Source: an uncultured Candidatus Saccharibacteria bacterium (GTDB lineage: Bacteria > Patescibacteriota > Minisyncoccia > Phycocordibacterales > UBA9973). From it: a DNA stretch of 64,000 bases. The stretch covers positions 64,319 through 128,318 of the forward strand of contig CAYXTA010000002.1 of assembly GCA_964468315.1 (NCBI GenBank). Direction: 5' to 3'. Made by a program: the position numbers and the translations under genes. The notes under the pieces are model-generated. The model saw nothing but the letters and a program-made list of their open reading frames with translations, searched no databases and was not told the origin of the DNA. Below, in pieces: positions 61,071 to 64,000 of the stretch (its first letter is position 1; the number at the start of each line of letters is the position of its first letter).

Positions 61071-61448
61071 CTATTTAAAACCCAGAAGGCATTGAGCATC
61101 GATTTTTGAAGCGACAATGTAATCATTTTCAGTTAATCCATTTACTGAATGTGTATAAAGTTCTAAAACAACTTTATTGTAAAAAATATGAATATCTGGA
61201 TGATGACCTTCTAACTCAGCTACATCTGCAACACGCTCTACGAAGTTTACAGACCCGATAAAATCTTTAAATTTATATTCTCGAGAGATTCTTGCACCAA
61301 TATTTGCTTTGTCACTTTCAGGATCATTTTCAAGTACGATATTCCAATGAGGAATTTCTGACATCATATCACTAGCCTCCCCTAAAGACATTGGTTTGGT
61401 GTCTTTTTTTTCACAAGGTACACATTTTTTCTTTAATAAGTCTGACAT
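61071..61448 (-). CDS. Pterin-4a-carbinolamine dehydratase (PCD/DCoH family)
   Basis: ELEGHHPDIHIFYNKVVLELYTHSVNGLTENDYIVA matches the PCD signature [E]xxxHHPx5-6[YW]x12H. Confidence 0.8.
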   Translation of the reverse strand: MSDLLKKKCVPCEKKDTKPMSLGEASDMMSEIPHWNIVLENDPESDKANIGARISREYKFKDFIGSVNFVERVADVAELEGHHPDIHIFYNKVVLELYTHSVNGLTENDYIVASKIDAQCLLGFK

Positions 61449-61462
61449 GTATAAAATATGTT

Positions 61463-63196
61463 TTATGCTTCACAACTAATACACACATTAGCATTTTGAT
61501 TATCATCTGATTCTATGTTTTGTTTTCTTTTTATTTCTGCTTCTTGTAATTTTTTTCTACCAAACTGTTGTGCTGCATTCATGCTATGTTGATAATATAA
61601 AGTTTTTACTCCTTTCTCCCATGCATACAAATACAATGCATTTAAATCTTTTGTTTGCATAGTAGGATCAATCAACAAATTAAGTGATTGAGATTGATCT
61701 ATATGTTTTTGTCTATCAGAGGCTTGGTCAATAATTGCCTTTTGGTCTATCTCAGAAAAAGTTCTAAAAACCTTTTTTTCGTGTGTTGTTAAACAATCTA
61801 GTAGCTGAACAGAACCATCGTTTTCTCTAATACTATTCCAAGTTTCAGGTGTATTGAAGCCTTTTTCTTCGAGTAATGCCTCTAGTGTAGGATTCTTAAT
61901 TGTTACCTTCATTTTATCAACATCTTTAACAAAACAATTAGACATTACAGGCTCTATACTTTGTGAAACTTGGCCCAAAATAAAAGCTGAAGAAGTTGTA
62001 GGTGCTACAGCTAACAATGTTGTATTCCTACGACCATAACCTTTTAAAATTTCTGGTTCTCCATATTCTTTAGCTAAATCCTCTGAAGCTTTGTAAGCCT
62101 TTTCTTCTATTAATTGAAAAATTTCTTTATTTAGATCAAAAGCTTTTTTATCTTCAAAAGCTATATTGTTCTCCTGAAGAAATGTGTGCCATCCTAAAAC
62201 CCCTAACCCTAATGCTCTATGTTCTTTCGCAAACTTATAACCTCTTTGCATAAAATAAAATGCTGATCTTTTTTGCTCATCTTCACTATCACGAAGAATT
62301 TCCAATGTTTTAATAAAATCAGAAATAACTGTGTCTAAAAACATAACTAAGGTTTCTACTGCATCTGTGTCTTTCCATTCATTGTAGTGACGTAAATTCA
62401 TAGAAGAAAGACAGCAGACGAAAGATATTTCATCACTAGTTGGAAGACAAATTTCTGAACACAAATTACTTCCATGTATTTTCATTTTTTTATCTTTGTA
62501 AACATCCACAGTATTATTGTTTACTGTGTCAGTAAACAATATGTATGGGTATCCAATTTCAGTCCTTCTTTGTATTATTTTTGCCCAAATCCTTCTTTTT
62601 TCCTGATCTCCAGCAACCATGTCCTCTAACCATTTATCAGTAACAGTAACAGCATAAGTAGATTCTTGTATAGGATGACCTTCCTTACCTATATTTAAAA
62701 ACTCTTCAATATCAGCATGTTCAACAGGTAAATATGGAGCAAAATGTCCTCTACGGACAGAACCTTGACTTACGATATTTATAAGATTATCAAACAATTC
62801 CATAAAATGAACTGCTCCAGAAGAAAAACCGTTGTCTTTAATAATTGCTCCTCGAGGTCTTAATCCTGAAAAATGACCTGCAGTTCCTCCACCATATTTT
62901 GTCATCATGCCAACTTCAGCGTGTGTAAATAAAATTCGAGACATATCGTCTGCAATATAACTAGAAAAACAACTAATAGGTAAACCTCTACTTAAACCAT
63001 AATTAGACCAGACAGGAGAAGCTAAAGAATAAAAACCTTTTGACATATAATCATAAAATTTATCAGCAAAACCAGGTTTATTTAAATATTTTTCTGCAAC
63101 ATTTGCAATTTCTCTTATACGCTCTTCTGCTGTAACCCCTTCCATTAAATATCCTTTTGATAAGAATTTTTTACTATTTTCATTTAGCCAGTACAT
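61463..63196 (-). CDS. nrdA: Ribonucleotide reductase large (R1/alpha) subunit, short form
   Basis: Active-site SNLCSEICLPT (N-x-C-x-E), C-terminal CISCEA redox pair; 577 aa. Confidence 0.8.
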   Translation of the reverse strand: MYWLNENSKKFLSKGYLMEGVTAEERIREIANVAEKYLNKPGFADKFYDYMSKGFYSLASPVWSNYGLSRGLPISCFSSYIADDMSRILFTHAEVGMMTKYGGGTAGHFSGLRPRGAIIKDNGFSSGAVHFMELFDNLINIVSQGSVRRGHFAPYLPVEHADIEEFLNIGKEGHPIQESTYAVTVTDKWLEDMVAGDQEKRRIWAKIIQRRTEIGYPYILFTDTVNNNTVDVYKDKKMKIHGSNLCSEICLPTSDEISFVCCLSSMNLRHYNEWKDTDAVETLVMFLDTVISDFIKTLEILRDSEDEQKRSAFYFMQRGYKFAKEHRALGLGVLGWHTFLQENNIAFEDKKAFDLNKEIFQLIEEKAYKASEDLAKEYGEPEILKGYGRRNTTLLAVAPTTSSAFILGQVSQSIEPVMSNCFVKDVDKMKVTIKNPTLEALLEEKGFNTPETWNSIRENDGSVQLLDCLTTHEKKVFRTFSEIDQKAIIDQASDRQKHIDQSQSLNLLIDPTMQTKDLNALYLYAWEKGVKTLYYQHSMNAAQQFGRKKLQEAEIKRKQNIESDDNQNANVCISCEA

Positions 63197-63228
63197 ATTA
63201 TAATTTTTGGTTATTGTTATTAATTAAT

Positions 63229-64000
63229 TTAAAATAAATCTTCACTTGTTATACTTTTTGTTTTTTTACTATAATTTATTGATTTTTTATTAAAGAAGTC
63301 CCCATGTTTTGTTGCTATAACTTCGTCATAAAACCAATCTGATTCTTTAAGAAAAGTTTCGTCTGTATCAAATATTTTATGAATACCTATACTTTCTAAA
63401 GAATTATTAAATCTTTGTTTAATAAATTCAAACACAACATTTTTAGGCATAAAATCTAATTCTCCATCTTCAAAAATCCAATCTACTACCTTTTTCTCTG
63501 CATCAAATGCTTCACGACAAAGCTTTACGACTTGATCTGTAAAATCATCATCGAACCATTCGGGGTGTTCACTTTTTATTATATTAATAACATCAGTACC
63601 AAAAAGACCATGTATCTGTTCTTCTTTTGAGGTTGCTTCTACTGCATTCGAAATTCCCTTAAATAGATTTTTATGTTTATTAAAAGACATTATAATCAAG
63701 AACTGAGAAAATAAAGAAACATGCTCAATAAACAGAGAAAAGAGAAGTACAGACTGACTATATTCCCTATTATCATCACTTCTTGAATTTTTCAAAGATT
63801 TTTCTAAATAATTTACTCTATCCATCAACGCCGGTATTTCTTTGATTTTAGTAAATTCAGAATTTAAATTAAGTATTTCTAAAAGATGAGAATATGCATC
63901 AGTATGTCTAACTTCACTTTCTGCAAAAGTTGCACCAACTGCACCTATTTCTGGTTTTGGCATTTTCTTATAGATATCAGCCCAAAAAGTTTTTACAGCA
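63229..64000 (-). CDS. nrdB: Ribonucleotide reductase small (R2/beta) subunit, partial (N-terminus beyond window end)
   Basis: Di-iron ligand motifs ESEVRHTDAY (ExxH...Y radical Tyr) and KEEQIHG (ExxH). The frame stays open upstream of the first Met through the window end. Confidence 0.7.
   Translation of the reverse strand, partial: AVKTFWADIYKKMPKPEIGAVGATFAESEVRHTDAYSHLLEILNLNSEFTKIKEIPALMDRVNYLEKSLKNSRSDDNREYSQSVLLFSLFIEHVSLFSQFLIIMSFNKHKNLFKGISNAVEATSKEEQIHGLFGTDVINIIKSEHPEWFDDDFTDQVVKLCREAFDAEKKVVDWIFEDGELDFMPKNVVFEFIKQRFNNSLESIGIHKIFDTDETFLKESDWFYDEVIATKHGDFFNKKSINYSKKTKSITSEDLF

Overview
The window reads as a compact, AT-rich bacterial chromosome segment. The gene content and style are consistent with a Patescibacteria/CPR-like genome: shortened aminoacyl-tRNA synthetases, an 11.7-kb type IV pilus/competence locus, and no mobile elements or CRISPR array. 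Almost everything is housekeeping. I called four aminoacyl-tRNA synthetases (thrS, pheST, ileS, argS), gyrB, ligA, recG, gatCA, truB, trhO, ftsH, smpB, infC-rpmI-rplT, secE-nusG-rplK, and a thymidylate/nucleotide-salvage island (dut, DNPH1-like, tmk, glyA, thyA-folA, MazG-like, dCMP deaminase). At the window's right edge sit a pterin-4a-carbinolamine dehydratase and a ribonucleotide reductase R1/R2 pair (R2 partial at the edge). RNA genes recognised by eye are initiator-like tRNA-Met(CAT), tRNA-Ser(GCT), tRNA-Ile(TAT), tRNA-His(GTG), a tmRNA directly abutting smpB, and an isolated about 365-nt 5' fragment of 23S rRNA. The items I consider most worth a second look are: (1) an isoleucyl-tRNA synthetase with a complete histidine-phosphatase (PGM-family RHG...HGG) domain inserted in-frame into its catalytic core, preceded by a T-box leader; (2) a small protein whose motif order and spacing match the PARP-type H-Y-E ADP-ribosyltransferase fold, with Gln in place of the catalytic Glu; (3) a membrane-anchored protein with an RNx3H HEPN-like motif next to the initiator tRNA; (4) the orphan 23S rRNA fragment, which ends in a terminator hairpin and is followed by an unknown ORF; (5) a promoter-to-terminator bounded about 290-nt noncoding (or 41-aa peptide) transcript between ftsH and ssrA, flanked by two copies of the same terminator hairpin; (6) tandem pilin paralogs sharing a near-identical about 140-nt 5' block. 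All calls are made by eye from the sequence and the ORF track; no searches were run.
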